From the human T2T-CHM13v2.0 reference genome, Homo sapiens: a DNA stretch of 64,000 bases. The position numbers were made by a program, and so were the translations under genes. The notes under the pieces are model-generated. The model did not search any database and had not been told where the DNA came from. It saw only the letters and a program-made list of their open reading frames with translations. Every line of letters starts with the position of its first letter. The first letter of the stretch is position 1. Positions 13,590-37,370 of this stretch are shown piece by piece. The stretch lies in assembly GCF_009914755.1 (NCBI RefSeq), contig NC_060941.1; one strand, given 5' to 3'.

Positions 13590-13800
13590 CACAGATTCTG
13601 GAGTCAGAATGAGTTTAAATCTAACTCCACTACTTACAGGCTGTGTGTCTTTGCACAAGTTATCCAACTCTCTGTGCCTCCATGTCCTCCTTGGTAATGA
13701 AGAGGATAATAGCAACACCTCCCTCAGGGTTGTTGTGAGGATTAAATGAGTCAACGTGAGCAAAGCTCCCAGCACCATGCCCCGTGAACACTACATACCT
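13590..13800 (+). mobile_element. MIR
   Basis: ctggagtcaga...ctctgtgcctccatgtcctc...gggttgttgtgaggattaaatgag...aaagctcccagcac. Confidence 0.8.
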
Positions 13801-14414
13801 ATTTGCCAGCATGGCTGTAATTATCACTGGGCTTTGGCTGAGACTCAGGCAGCCCAGCCATCTACGCAGCAGGTGGAGGGATGCTGGCAGGTCAAACAAG
13901 CACTGCCTGACTGATCTGGATGGGACCACATGGTTATCTGGTCCAACTTCCCATATATACAGATGGGGAAACTGAGGCACAGAGGGGACACAGAACTTGC
14001 TCAAGGTTGTAGGGCTTGGCAGAAGCAGAGCTGAGAGTGGACCTCGGCTTGCTCTCTGTGCCAGGCCTAGGAGTAGCCCCACCGTGCTCTGCCACCTCCC
14101 AACCAACCCTTCCACACGCTGGAATCCAAGGTGGACCCTCTGGGCGACAGTGGGAAATTTTCCCCTGAATCACAGATACCATTGCCTGGTGTGGAATCTG
14201 GTGAGAAATGGGTGAAGGGAGGGACTGGTGGGGAAATGAGACAAGGCAGGGGGCCTCTGCTTTTCTGAGAGCTGTGGGAGGATGCAGCAGGGAGCCAGGG
14301 GAGCCCCTGTCCAGAGACCTGGGATCCCAGGGATTCCGCCTGCTCTGAGGGGACCCAGACCCACACAGCACAAGGGAAGGGGAGAGCCTGTGGGAAGAAC
14401 GCTGGTATTCCTGA

Positions 14415-14777
<363 letters not shown>

Positions 14778-14794
14778 TGAGAGTGGGCACTTAC

Positions 14795-14986
14795 CTGGGG
14801 GCACCCCAGAGGAGATGGTGGAGGCGGACACTTGGCCCTGGCCCTTTGAGGTCATGGCGGCCACCTCGATGGTGTAGGTGGTGAGCGCGGTGAGGCCCGT
14901 GACACGGTACTCCAGGGTCACGTTGGGCAGGTAGTGGGTCACACGGGTGTTGGTTCGATTGTACTCCTCCCAGGAGATCCGGTACC
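14795..14986 (-). CDS. SDK2: SDK2 exon (~21), 192 nt, FNIII-4 C-half: [16 protein letters not shown]...[16 protein letters not shown]
   Basis: ccccag|GG...G|gtaagt, phase 1-1. Confidence 0.95.
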
Positions 14987-15428
14987 CTGGGGAGAGCCGC
15001 CGTGTTGGCAGGAGCTTGGCTGTGATCACAAGTTGGCCTGACCCACTACTCCACTTCTCACTTCTCCACTAGGCTGGCAATTAGATCCACGCTGGGAGCA
15101 ATGGGGCCAAGGGAGGTGGGAGCTGTTGGCATCATGCCCTGGGTCTCAGGTGTCGCCTCAGTGGGATGCCAGCACTTTAGGGAATTGCAGGGGACATAGT
15201 GAGTCATCATGGCAGCCACTGAGATCTGTGGCAGAAGGTGTGGGGCTGCAGACTCTGGGATGTGTTATGAAGTGGAGGTGCCAAGAGCCTCCTGTGAGTG
15301 GTTTCTAAGAAAGCATGGGTTGGCTTCAAGAGTTTGGGTGAAAAGTAGCTCAAAGGCAGGGGATGGACCAGCTCTGACCTTTCCCAGCCCTGTCCTGCCC
15401 TCTGGTTCAGAAACACTGCAGTGCCTAC

Positions 15429-15527
15429 CTGTGAGGATGCCATTTTTCTCTCCCGGCTCTTGCCAGCTGACCTTCAGCGATGTGTCCAGGATCTCACTGA
15501 AGCTCAGGTGTCCCACGGGCCCAGGCA
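15429..15527 (-). CDS. SDK2: SDK2 exon (~20), 99 nt, FNIII-4 N-half: [33 protein letters not shown]
   Basis: gtgcag|TG...G|gtaggc, phase 1-1. Confidence 0.94.
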
Positions 15528-15720
15528 CTGCACCCCAAAAGGAACCCCCACCCCCCAAGGCCAGTTAGAGCCAGAGAGAGACCACCATCTGTGAGATAGC
15601 CTGTGGTAATCTGGGGGTATCTCAGCCTGGGAGACAAGCCTGGGCCACCCTTCTGCCTGGGGCGCCCAGCCTGGCCTTGGGCGGGGGGGGGCAGAAAGAG
15701 CAGGGCTGGGGGGTGCCTAC

Positions 15721-15916
15721 CATCCTCATGGGTGCGCACCAGCTGCGGGGTGCTGCGTGGCCCGTCCCCGGGGGTGGTGAAACACAGCACTGAGGTGAAG
15801 TACTCCGTGAACTTCTTCAGGCCAGACACGAAGCCCACGTGGATGCTGTCTTGAAAGTTAGGCCGGGCGGTCACCATGGTAACCTCCTCTTCCTGTTCCG
15901 GCTCCCAGGCGATCAG
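15721..15916 (-). CDS. SDK2: SDK2 exon (~19), 196 nt, FNIII-3 C-half: [12 protein letters not shown]...[34 protein letters not shown]
   Basis: ccgcag|CTG...G|gtaggc, phase 0-1; follows the 13.6-kb intron. Confidence 0.95.
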
Positions 15917-16209
15917 CTGCGGAGAGGCGAGCAAGTCACACAGGGCAGCAGGAAGGTTCCAGAGGAGGCCAAGCCCTCTCCCACAGGCTGGGCCAATCAA
16001 CAGATGGTGTCCGGGGACCGGAGTCCCTGTGGTGCCTCCTCCGAGGGAAGGGACAGGCAGTGCAGGGAACCTGCGGGGTACTGGGGTTCACTTTGGGGCG
16101 CTTCTCCACTTCTTGAGCCACTGACTTTATGCAAAGCACCGTGCTGGGTGCTTCCCAGGAATCGCCTCGTACTCAATTCTCACAGAGACCCAGGAGGGAG
16201 GCATTTCAC

Positions 16210-16892
<683 letters not shown>

Positions 16893-18935
16893 TGAGGAAA
16901 CTGAGGCTCAAAGAGGCTCACACAGGTAGGGGGAAGCTGGTTCTGGGATTCCAAGCCCTGAGCTCCTACATCTTGCCCCATGTGAGCTGGGGCAGCTTCG
17001 TCTTTGGAGCTCTCCAAGGGTTACTTCCTACAGAGCTGGGAACTTCAGTTTGTGGGTAACTATTATCCTCTTACACTCCTTCTAAGTTGGGATTTCCATC
17101 TTAAATATCAAGTAGAGGCGGGGCATCGGCAAGAAAGTCCCATCTGGAAATCCCTCAAGTTCTTGCTCATCTGCCCTCTGCAGATCACACCTGGCCCCCG
17201 CCCCCTCCCGCCTGTCTCGCCTCCTGCTCTCACCTCACGCTCCTGTTTCTAGGCCCTTCATCTGTCTCCAATAATGACAGCTGGTTTCAGAGATTTCCTC
17301 ATTTATTTGAAGTTGATTAAATAGCAATTAATGGTGAAAAGCAACACTTGATGAGTTTTAATAAGCACGGGTATTTATAGATATAAAACAATACCACGCC
17401 AATGTCTCCCGGTTAACTCATGCCTATAACAATGCTTAATCTTCTCCTTTTCATGGCTGTGTATTTATAAAGGATGTTTTGAAATTTAATTGGTATTGTG
17501 AAAAGATAGCCTATAGCAAGTTAATTAGACACTAATTAGACCCTCAAAATACTAAACAGAAATACTAAGTGGCATTTAATAAGTGTGTTAAATATCCTCC
17601 GTATTTCGATTATCTTGTTTCATAGCAATTATGTTGCCGAACTTCTTTGGAGTAGATTAAGAAACAAGTTTAATGTTTTAATTTAATTTAATTAATGTAC
17701 ATTCAAATTAATTATGCTGTTAGAATTAATTGTGTGGTGTGTTCCCCAGCAAGTATAAAATCTGGGTAAATATTATTTTCCTGGGCTTAGGCCAATTATA
17801 AGCTCTACCATTTTTTTTAAATAAAGGAAAAAGGGTGTCTTTACATGTGCCTTAAAACAATATCACCGGGCCTTACCCACAAAAATGACCCAGAGGAAGT
17901 GCACAGGGTAATGGCAGTGTGGTTTGTGGAGTCACGCTCTTGACTTCATTATCCTACAGCTTGATGCCTGGATCCAAGATGGCAGCAGGGTCATGGGTTC
18001 CTGTGGCTGTTTCAAAATATTTACTCTGGGATGTGAGCCACTTGTCCTTCTCCAGCTGCACGTGGAGAGGAGGAGGCTTGGGGATAGGAGGCCTCCCTGC
18101 CTCAGGTCCAGGGAGAGAGACAGTAAAATTGCCTTTTGTGTCCTTCATTGCCCTAAAGGGATTGGGCTCTGGGCAGCCGTGGGATGGAACTTCAGTGCTC
18201 AGCTCAACACACAACAGGGCTTCCACCTGTTGAACTCTTACCGTGTGCCTGGCCTTATTTAATCATCACGATGAGGAGCAGATGGAAATCATTGTCCTAT
18301 GCTATTACAGAAAAGGAAACTGAGGTTCAGGAAGGTTAAGGAGCTTGCACATGGACCTACTAAGAGCTGGCTCAGTTTGTGGACCCTGAGACCTTTCATG
18401 ATGACCTCTGTCTCTCAAAGGTACACAGAGCTGCTGAGATGAGTGTTCTTTAGGACATCTCTGTGCCTTCTCCTTGTTAGTCAGTTTCAGTGTTGATTTA
18501 CCATACTAGGTCCTTAGTCTCAGGTTCTAAGTAGACGGGGCTCCCCTGAGAAGGCTCGGGTGTGTTCTGGGGAACGAGCATTAGACCTGAGTTCCTGGGA
18601 TATGAAATTCCCCCTTAGAGAGCAGAGGCCCAGGGAGGCAAGCCTTGTAACTGAGCAGCAGTGCTGCTGATGGAGGGTGTCGGGGGAGGGCAGCCTTGCA
18701 GCTGGCACACTTGAACCTGAACCCAGCTCTGTCACTTACTGTGGGACTCACGGAAAGTCACTTGACCACTCTGAGCCTCAGGCTATTCTAGGGGATAGAA
18801 ACAGCTGCCTTGCTGGGTTTCAGGGAGGAGCAGGTGAAATGTCTCCTGTCCCTGGTGGAGGCAGTACTCTACAGGGTTGAAGGTGTAGGATGATGTATAT
18901 GGCATCTAGCTACTAAAGTTAGAAAATAAAAGTTA

Positions 18936-20523
<1,588 letters not shown>

Positions 20524-20567
20524 TCACTTATCTGAGAAGGAGAGCATACACATTTATGTATGCATGT

Positions 20568-21220
<653 letters not shown>

Positions 21221-21223
21221 ACT

Positions 21224-21528
21224 CTTTTTTTTTTTTTTTTGAGATGGAGTCTCGCTCTGTTGCCTAGGCTAGGGTGCAGTGGCGAGATCTCCGCTCACTG
21301 CAATCTCTGCCTCCCCAGTTCAAACGATTCTCTTGCCTCAGCCTCCTGAATAGCTGGGATTATAGGCACCTGCCATCACGCCCAGCTAATTTTTTTTTTT
21401 GTATTTTTAATGGAGATGGGATTTCACTATGTTGGCCATGGTGGTCTTGAACTCCTGATCTCAAATGATCTGCCCGCCTCGGCCTTCCAAAGTGCTGGAA
21501 TTACAGGCGTGAGCCACCGCGCCTGGCC
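21224..21528 (-). mobile_element. Alu
   Basis: Alu consensus. Confidence 0.92.
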
Positions 21529-21529
21529 T

Positions 21530-24170
<2,641 letters not shown>

Positions 24171-24174
24171 GGGC

Positions 24175-24649
<475 letters not shown>

Positions 24650-24799
24650 TCATTCTTATTGGAGGTATACAAGGGACAAACACTGCTTTTTTCTCCTTGT
24701 GATATGCTGAAGGCTAAAGAAGCAGAGGAAAAAAATCTCTGCTGCTTTTATTCATTGGTATTGAAAATGTTATCTACAATTAAAAATAATACATTCTCT

Positions 24800-25603
24800 C
24801 TCTCTCTCTGTGTCTGTCTGTCTGTCTCTGTCTCTCTCTCTCTTTCTTTTTTTGACACAGGGTCTCACTCTGTCACTCGGGCTGGAGTGCAGTGACGTGA
24901 TTTCAGCTCACTGTAGCCTTGAATCGTGGTCTCAAACAATCCTCCCCGTCTTAGCCTCCTGAGTAGCTGTGATCACAGGCACTCAACACCACACCTGACT
25001 AACTTTTTTGTGTGTGTAAAGATGGAGTCTTGCCATATTGCCCAGGCTGGTCTCAAACTCCTGGGCTCAAGAGATCCCCCTGTCTTGGCCTCCCAAAGTG
25101 TTGCGATTCCAGGCGTGAGCCACGGTGCCCAGCCTGACATTTCTTTTTAATGTAAGGAAAAGTGAAGGCTCTGGTTTGAATCTGAGCTTTGCATGACCTT
25201 GACACTGTGTTTGACCTTGAACAAGTAACTTCCCTCTGGTGCCTCAGTTTCTTTCTCTGTAAAATGGTGTGATGATAATATTCCTTTTTGTTTTTGTTTT
25301 TGTTTGTTTGTTTGTTTTGAGACAGAGTCTAGCTCTGTCTCCCTGACTGGAGCGAAGTGGCGTGATCTCAGCTCACTGCAACGTCCGCCTCCTGGGTTCA
25401 AGCGATTCTCCTGCCTCGGCCTCCTATGTCTGTAGCTGGGATTAGAGATGTGTGTCACCACACCTGGCTAATTTTTGTATTTTCAGTAGAGACGAGGTTT
25501 CACCATATTGGCCAGGCTGTTTTCAAACTCTAGACCTCAAGTGATCTCCTGCCTCGACCTCCCAAAGTGCTAGGATTCCAGGCATGAGCCACCACCCCTG
25601 GCC
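24800..25603 (-). mobile_element. (TC)n/(TCTG)n + AluJ (24842-25134), MIR fragment, Alu (25285-25603)
   Basis: Consensus matches. Confidence 0.85.
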
Positions 25604-26709
25604 GATAATGCTGCTTCTTAGAGTCCCTGTGCTGCTTGCATGAAAGATAAATGTGAGCGAAGCATTTAGTGTACTGCCTGGCCCAGAGAAAGGGCCCTGT
25701 AAGTGTGAGGTCTCCTTACTCCTCCACCAGTTTCTGTGCTCAAAACATCTGGGCAATTCACTCCTGCTGACCTTTATCGAGTAGCTACTGGGGGCTGGGC
25801 ACTGACTGGACCTGGGAATTCAGTGGCCTCTGCCACCTCCTCTTGCTCTGGGTCACCATGGGCCACTGCCCTAATTGTCCTGGCCATGGGCTGGCCTTCC
25901 TGGCCCTCGGGGGAGCTGTTTGCCTTAAAAGTTTGTAGCTCAGCCCTCCCATATGTAGAATAAAACTTGTGCTTAGAATTGGTAGCAAGAAGCTAATTGT
26001 TCCCAGTTCAGCTCCTCTGCTCTTCAGCAATGCCGGCCTCCCCTTCCTTCCTCTGCCTCCCCCCAGGGTCCCAATTAGGAGAGTTTTCCAGCAGCGAGTG
26101 CTCCAAGAATTCAGCTGCTGCTCCCTGCCCTGCAAAGCTCTGCTCGACCTTGGGTTCACTGCCTTCCTGGGATTGAGAGGGCCAAGGCCGGAGTGAAGCT
26201 GGGTCATTTCCAGTTCTGGACCATCCCTCCTTTGTTTGCTTGCAACACTAGCAGAAACTCCTCTTCATTATTTCATCCCAGTCCCTTCTTGTCCAGCCTC
26301 CCCCACTTTGGAGGAAGAACCGCTAAGGCAGCGAGTCCTAGAATTAATCTTAGTTGTGGCAAGCACAGTGCAGAGGGGTGCAGGAACCTTCGGGATGTGT
26401 CAGTGGTCACCTCGAGGTCATGCGTTCCCTGGACTGAAGCTCAGGGCCTGCAGTGCTCTCCGCTTCACAGCTGGCCTCCCCTCAAATGCTCTGCCTCCCC
26501 TCCCACATCTGGAGGGAGTGGACGGCATCCTTCCGTCTGCCCCACGTTGCTGGGGGCAGGTCCTACCCCTTTAAAACATAGTGTGGATCCCCCATGCTGT
26601 GCTCTGTCTTTAGTCCTCCGTGGGGAGGACAGGCACGGGGCCCACGTGGAATGACACGAGAGAACCGGGCCTGGGCTCTGAGGTCTGTGTTCCAGGATGG
26701 GAGGACTGA

Positions 26710-27365
<656 letters not shown>

Positions 27366-27391
27366 CTACTGCTATTATTACTATTATTATC

Positions 27392-28520
27392 TGTTATGGG
27401 CTGAGTTGTGTCTGCAAAATCTGTATGTTTAAATTCTAACCCCTAGCACCCCAGAATGTGACTGTATTTGGAGACAGAATTGTTAAAGAGGTAGTTAAAT
27501 GAGGTCATTAGTGTGGGCCCTAATCCAATGTGACTGAGGTCCCTATAAGAAGAGGACATTTAGGCCAGGCGCGGTGGCTCATGCCAGTAATCCCAGCACT
27601 CTGGGAGGCCGAGGCAGTCGAATTACTTGAGGTTGGGAGTCTGAGACCAGCCTGGCCAACATGGTGAAACCCCATCTCTATTGAAAATACAAAAAAATTA
27701 GCCAGACATGGTGGCACATGCCTACAGTCCCAGCTACTCGGGAGGCTGAGGCAAGAGAATTGCTTGAACACGGGAGGTGGAGGTTGCAGTGAGCCAAGAT
27801 CTCTTTGGACACAGACACAGAGTGAAGACAGACACCTAGAAGTCAAGGAGAGAGGCCTCAGAGGAAACCAACCCTGCCCACACAGTAATCCCGTACTTCT
27901 AATCCCCAGAACTGTGCAAAAATAAATTTCTGTTGTTTAAGCCAGGGTTCCCCAATCCCCCACGGACCACCAGGTACCAGTCTGTGGTCTGTTAGGAACC
28001 AGGCTGCACAGCAGGAGGTGAGCGGCAGGCAAGAAAGTGAAGCTTCATCTGTACTTACAGCTGCTCCCCAGTGCTCACATTACCACCTAAACTCCACCTC
28101 CCATCAGTGGCAGCATTCGATTCTCACAGGAGCGTGAACCCTGCTGTGAACTGTGGATGTGAGGGATCTAGGTTGCATACTCCTTATGAGAATCTAATGC
28201 CTGATGATCTGTCACTGTCTCCCATCACCCCCAGATCGGACCATCTAGTTGCAGGAAAACAAGCTCAGGGCTCCCATGGATTCTACATTGTGGTGAGTTG
28301 TATAGTTATTTCATTATATACTACAATGTGATAGTAACAGAAATAAAGTGCACAATAATGTCATGTGCTTGAATCATCCCGAAACCATCCCTCCTCCCAC
28401 TCCAATCCATGGAAAAATTGTCTTCCATGAAACTGGTCCCTGGTGCCAAAAAGTTTGGGGACTGTTGCTTTAAGCAATCCAGTCTGTGGTACTTGGTTAT
28501 AGCAGCCCAAATGCATTTCT
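27392..28520 (+). mobile_element. MLT1B-like MaLR LTR interrupted by an Alu (27563-27800) and MER1A
   Basis: tgttatgggctgagttgtgtc...gaatgtgactgtatttggaga...cagaactgtg...aataaatttctgttgtttaagc...tggtacttggttatagcagccc. Confidence 0.8.
27943..28467 (+). mobile_element. MER1A (hAT-Charlie), 525 nt, 8-bp TSD (G/C)TTTAAGC
   Basis: cagggttccccaa...ttggggactgttg termini; internal gatctaggttgcatactccttatgagaatctaatgcctgatgatctg. Confidence 0.9.
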
Positions 28521-28818
28521 ACGACCACTAAAATCACTTTCCAAGTGGTTATCATGTGTTTGTCATTGTGCTGAACAAATTAGAAATATTATCTCACTTA
28601 ATCCTCACACAACTCCAAGAAGCAGGTATTATCATCTTCATTTGCAAATGAGAAAACTGAGTTTATTTTAGTTATTCAGCGGTGCGAGCAGTGCATAGAG
28701 TAGCTGCTCAATAAATATTGATTGAAGGACAGAAGCTGAGACATATTAAAGAACATGCGCAGGTTGCCAGCAAGAGGCAAAGCTGGGACTTTAACCACCA
28801 AGTCTGTCTGAGTCCTAA

Positions 28819-29277
<459 letters not shown>

Positions 29278-29572
29278 CTACACCAGGTGTTTCTGAGCCT
29301 GAAATAACCTGGGTTTTGTGTATAACCCAGTCTCGCTGGGAAGGACCGTAGCACTGAGTGTCAGTCAGGGCAGTGTCTGCACTTCCTGTGGCCCACATGT
29401 AGCCTTGGGGAAGGCCTGGAACTCTTTTCCTCTAATGTGTGTCCCTAGCTTGACTCGAGCCAATGACTTCAGAAACAGAGGGGGGATTTCCTCCTGCCCA
29501 CTCTGTCCCCTCTCCCCACCCCCTCCAGAAGATCTTAGGGCCTCCTCTTGGGTGAGGAGATGCCTCATGTAC

Positions 29573-29688
29573 CTTGTAGCCCTGGTTGATGCCGTTGATG
29601 AACTGGGGGCTGGGGGCGTTCCAGGTGAAGCGGATGGTCGTGGAATTGGTGGCTTCCGCGTGCACATTGCCCGGAGGGACCGTGGGAA
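29573..29688 (-). CDS. SDK2: SDK2 exon (~18), 116 nt, FNIII-3 N-half: [39 protein letters not shown]
   Basis: ctctag|TT...AAG|gtacat, phase 1-0. Confidence 0.95.
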
Positions 29689-30279
29689 CTAGAGGAGATG
29701 AGAGAACGGGGTGGGGTGGAGGGGGCCCAGTCAGTCTCTCTTGCCCAGTTCAGTAGAGAAAACGCAGGGGTGGGGGCTATAGCCTCTGCCTTGCACCCCC
29801 CTACCCCACCCCAACTCCTCCCTCGCTGTGTAGACTTAAGAGGCCTTCATATTCTCTCTGGATTAGTTTGCGTTTAAAAAAACTTGCCTGACCCACCTCA
29901 CAGGGTACTGGTAAATAAGAGGGGTGCGGATGAAAAATGCTCTGGCATGGTTTTCAGGTGGAATGCTAAAAGTAAGCTGTTTCATGATCTACTTAACATG
30001 AAATTCACAGAAGGTCCCCATATGCCTGGAGCCTCTGCCCTTCACCATGTCCAAGCCAGCCTCCTCTTCCTCTTCCCCTCAGTCCTCCCACCCTGTGGGG
30101 TAGATTGGCCTGGGGTGGTGATTCCAGCCCCAGGGTGCAATAGTAGGGGCCTGGTGAGAACAGGCCACACAGCCAAGGCTCTCGGGCCTGGACAGGCACA
30201 GAACCCAACAGGCATGGGACTGGGAGAAGGGGAAGCACCTGCTCCTCTGAGGCCATAGTCTCTTTTCATTTCATTTCAC

Positions 30280-30718
30280 TTTTTTTTTTTTTTTTTTTTG
30301 AGACAGAGTCTCACTTTGTCACCTAGGCTGAAGTGCAGTGGCACGATCTCAGCTCATTGCAGCCTTAACTTCCCCAGGCTCCAGCCTTGGGGACCTCCCG
30401 AGTAGCTGGGACCACAGGCATGTACCACCACACCGAGCTAGTTCTGTTCATTTTTTGTAGAGACAGGGTCTCACTATGTTGCCTAGGTTAGCCTCAAACT
30501 CCTGGGCCCAAGCGATCCACCTGCCATAGCCTCCTGAGTAGCTGTGCCACTGTAGCATGTAGCATGCCACCACACCCAGATAATTTTTTTCACTTTTTGT
30601 AGAGATGGAGTCTCCCTATGTTGCCCAGGCTGGCTTAAAACTCCTGGGCTTGAGCAATCCTCCCGTCTTGGCGTCCCAAAGTGCTAGGATTACACGCATG
30701 AGCCACCGCGCCTGGTCT
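30280..30718 (-). mobile_element. AluJ with internally duplicated arm segment
   Basis: Two successive tttttgtagaga...ctatgttgcc...aaactcctggg segments. Confidence 0.8.
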
Positions 30719-30739
30719 GAGACCACAGTCTCTACCTAC

Positions 30740-30921
30740 CTCCCTGCAGCGTCCACTCGGTGACTTTACTGCTGTAGACCCCCAGCCCAGCGCTGTTGTA
30801 AGCAGCCACCTCGATCTCGTAGTTGGTCCAAATGATGAGATCCTCCAGCAGCAGGTTGTTCACATCAGCATCCGTGATGTTCTTAAACTGGTACCCCACG
30901 GGCAGCCCGGCCAGGCAGTAC
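30740..30921 (-). CDS. SDK2: SDK2 exon (~17), 182 nt, FNIII-2 C-half: [60 protein letters not shown]
   Basis: cctcag|G...G|gtaggt, phase 2-1. Confidence 0.94.
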
Positions 30922-30994
30922 CTGAGGGGAAGAGGCGAGGCACAGTGGAGTCAGAGTCAGCTTCCTTGGCCTCGTACCCAGGAAATTGTCCAGA

Positions 30995-32485
<1,491 letters not shown>

Positions 32486-32899
32486 TCTAGGGGATGTGTC
32501 TGGACTATTCTATTTGATGGGGGAGGATTGCTAACCAGGGGCACTGAGAGGTCCCAGGGCAGAACTTGCAGGTCTCAGCCTTGGAGGGGTCATGGACTGG
32601 AGAGCTGTCCCTGAAGCCTGGGCTCATTTTCTTTCCTCCTCTAGGATACAAGGCTCCCTCTTCTGAAAGTTACTCGCCCAGGTGGAATGAAACACCTGGG
32701 CTACCTACTCGACCCATTTCTACCTCCACTGGCAAAAAGAACTCACAGCACTAAAGAAGTAAATGTGTACAAGCAAATTTTGGGGGTCAGACACAAAGGA
32801 TGGGTCATTCATTTGAGAAACACGATGCATATATAATTCAGCATCTAATTATTGGAAAATTAAGGACCTCAAAGTATTCTGATGCATTACAATGCCCTA

Positions 32900-33400
<501 letters not shown>

Positions 33401-34107
33401 CCTTCAGGATTAGTGAAAAACCCACAACAAAATTAACCAATAGTGGAGCAGTTAAACCCCTGTGAGGGTGTGTACATGCAGGAATGAGACACACGAAGTT
33501 GCATAGCATTTTGTAGCCAGAATCTAGAATATCAATGAGAGTTCTCAGTAACCTCAGATAACTTATGAATTTGAACTTATGAATACCACATTTTAGTGAC
33601 CCTTAATGACTCCCATTTAGGTTACTAGAAGAGTAGTCCCTCAGTCAAATGCAAAGATAAGGGTCTGTATAACTGGGCTTCATTTCCAGTAATAACCAAA
33701 GAAAGAACTTTCACTTTTCCATCAATTCTTCGGCCAGCTGGTTTCTCCACTCACGGGTCAAGAGAATTCTGGCCTGTGATGGAATATTCGCGGCTTCCCA
33801 GAGCGTTGCCCCTTGGAAAGTTACTTCTTTCTTCTCCTGTCTCCTTGTAGGCCTGTTCCTATGTCAGCCCATATAGCCTCCCCTCTCAAGCATTCCTCGC
33901 TGGTGTCCAGGGGTCTTGCCACTGGAAGTTCTACCAGGTGTCCAACCTAAATCCTTCCTACTACTGAGTAGGCATTTCTTGTTACCTAGTCCTTCCTAGA
34001 TGGCGAAGGGCCTGCCATGAATTTGCACTGTTTTCCAGTCCACTCCCAATCTTCCCCCATGCCTTTCCCCTTGGGACTGGGCTCCTGTCCCCAGGGTGGA
34101 CACCCAC

Positions 34108-34248
34108 CTGATGATGTAACCCTTGAGAATTCCATTCTGGTGGCTCTCAGGAGGCGGCTGCCACTGGATCATGATGGACTGGTTGGTTCGACCGCTGGCG
34201 ATGACGTTCTGTGGAGGGGCCGTGGGGGGCTCCTCGGGGAGGGAGACC
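34108..34248 (-). CDS. SDK2: SDK2 exon (~16), 141 nt, FNIII-2 N-half: [47 protein letters not shown]
   Basis: atccag|G...AG|gtgggt, phase 2-2; translated directly from sequence. Confidence 0.94.
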
Positions 34249-34529
34249 CTGGATCACAAAACACCAATGCTCTTAGTCTTGGGGTCAAACACAGGAGTTG
34301 AATGGGATATGAGAAGGCTGAACCCTGGCCTGCTCTGACTCTGGATAATTCGGTACAACTGCTGTGTGCATCTGGGCAAGTTACCTGACTTCTCTGAGCT
34401 TGTTCTATAAAAGAATTATAATAAAGCTCTACTTGCCTGCCTTATGAGACTAGTTGAGGCTCAAATGATACTACATATATAGTCTCTGTGTATATGTGGA
34501 TATATGTATATGTCTTTTAAAAACTATAA

Positions 34530-36795
<2,266 letters not shown>

Positions 36796-37222
36796 AATTT
36801 CCATCATTTTATAAAAGCTTTGCGGGAACCCTAGCAGGGCCTGGCGTCGTGCAAGACATGGATATGGAGATCTGTGTAGATCCTGTATCTCTGGAATTTT
36901 GCATCCATTTAACAATGACAGCAGCCCATGCGGATGTGGAGCGGAAGGAGGTGAGCCTTTTTGCTTGCACAGCTCCCGGTAACTGGGATGACTACATTTG
37001 GTTGGTGCTCACCGCGTTCCCCAGTGCCCTACTCAGAGCACCCCATTTAACCTTTGCAACATCCTGGTGAGGCACTCATCAGGATTGCTCTCCCCTTCTA
37101 CAGAGGCGGAAGCCTAGAGGGGGCCAGGAGGAGCTGAGCCAGAATCTGCCACATCGGTTTCGGCTGCAGCCCCTGCCTGTTGGAGTCCTGGCGACGCCCC
37201 TGTAGAGCGCCAGTGCCCTCAC

Positions 37223-37370
37223 CTCTCGGTGTCTTTGCTGAACTGTCCTTTCCCCACGTCGTTGACGGCACAAAGACGGAACTGGTAGGAGCGTGCAGGA
37301 ACCAGGCCCTTGACTGTCACTGAGGTAGCTTTGGGGTCCACACTGGCCAGGAGTACAGTCCAGGGGGCAT
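37223..37370 (-). CDS. SDK2: SDK2 exon (~15), 148 nt, FNIII-1 C-half: [50 protein letters not shown]
   Basis: ctgcag|AT...AG|gtgagg, phase 1-2. Confidence 0.95.

Noticed and set aside
33988-34008. Weak CTCF-like sequence TCCTAGATGGCGA
   Set aside because: Mismatches in the CC(A/G)C/G part of the core; far weaker than the 44501 site.
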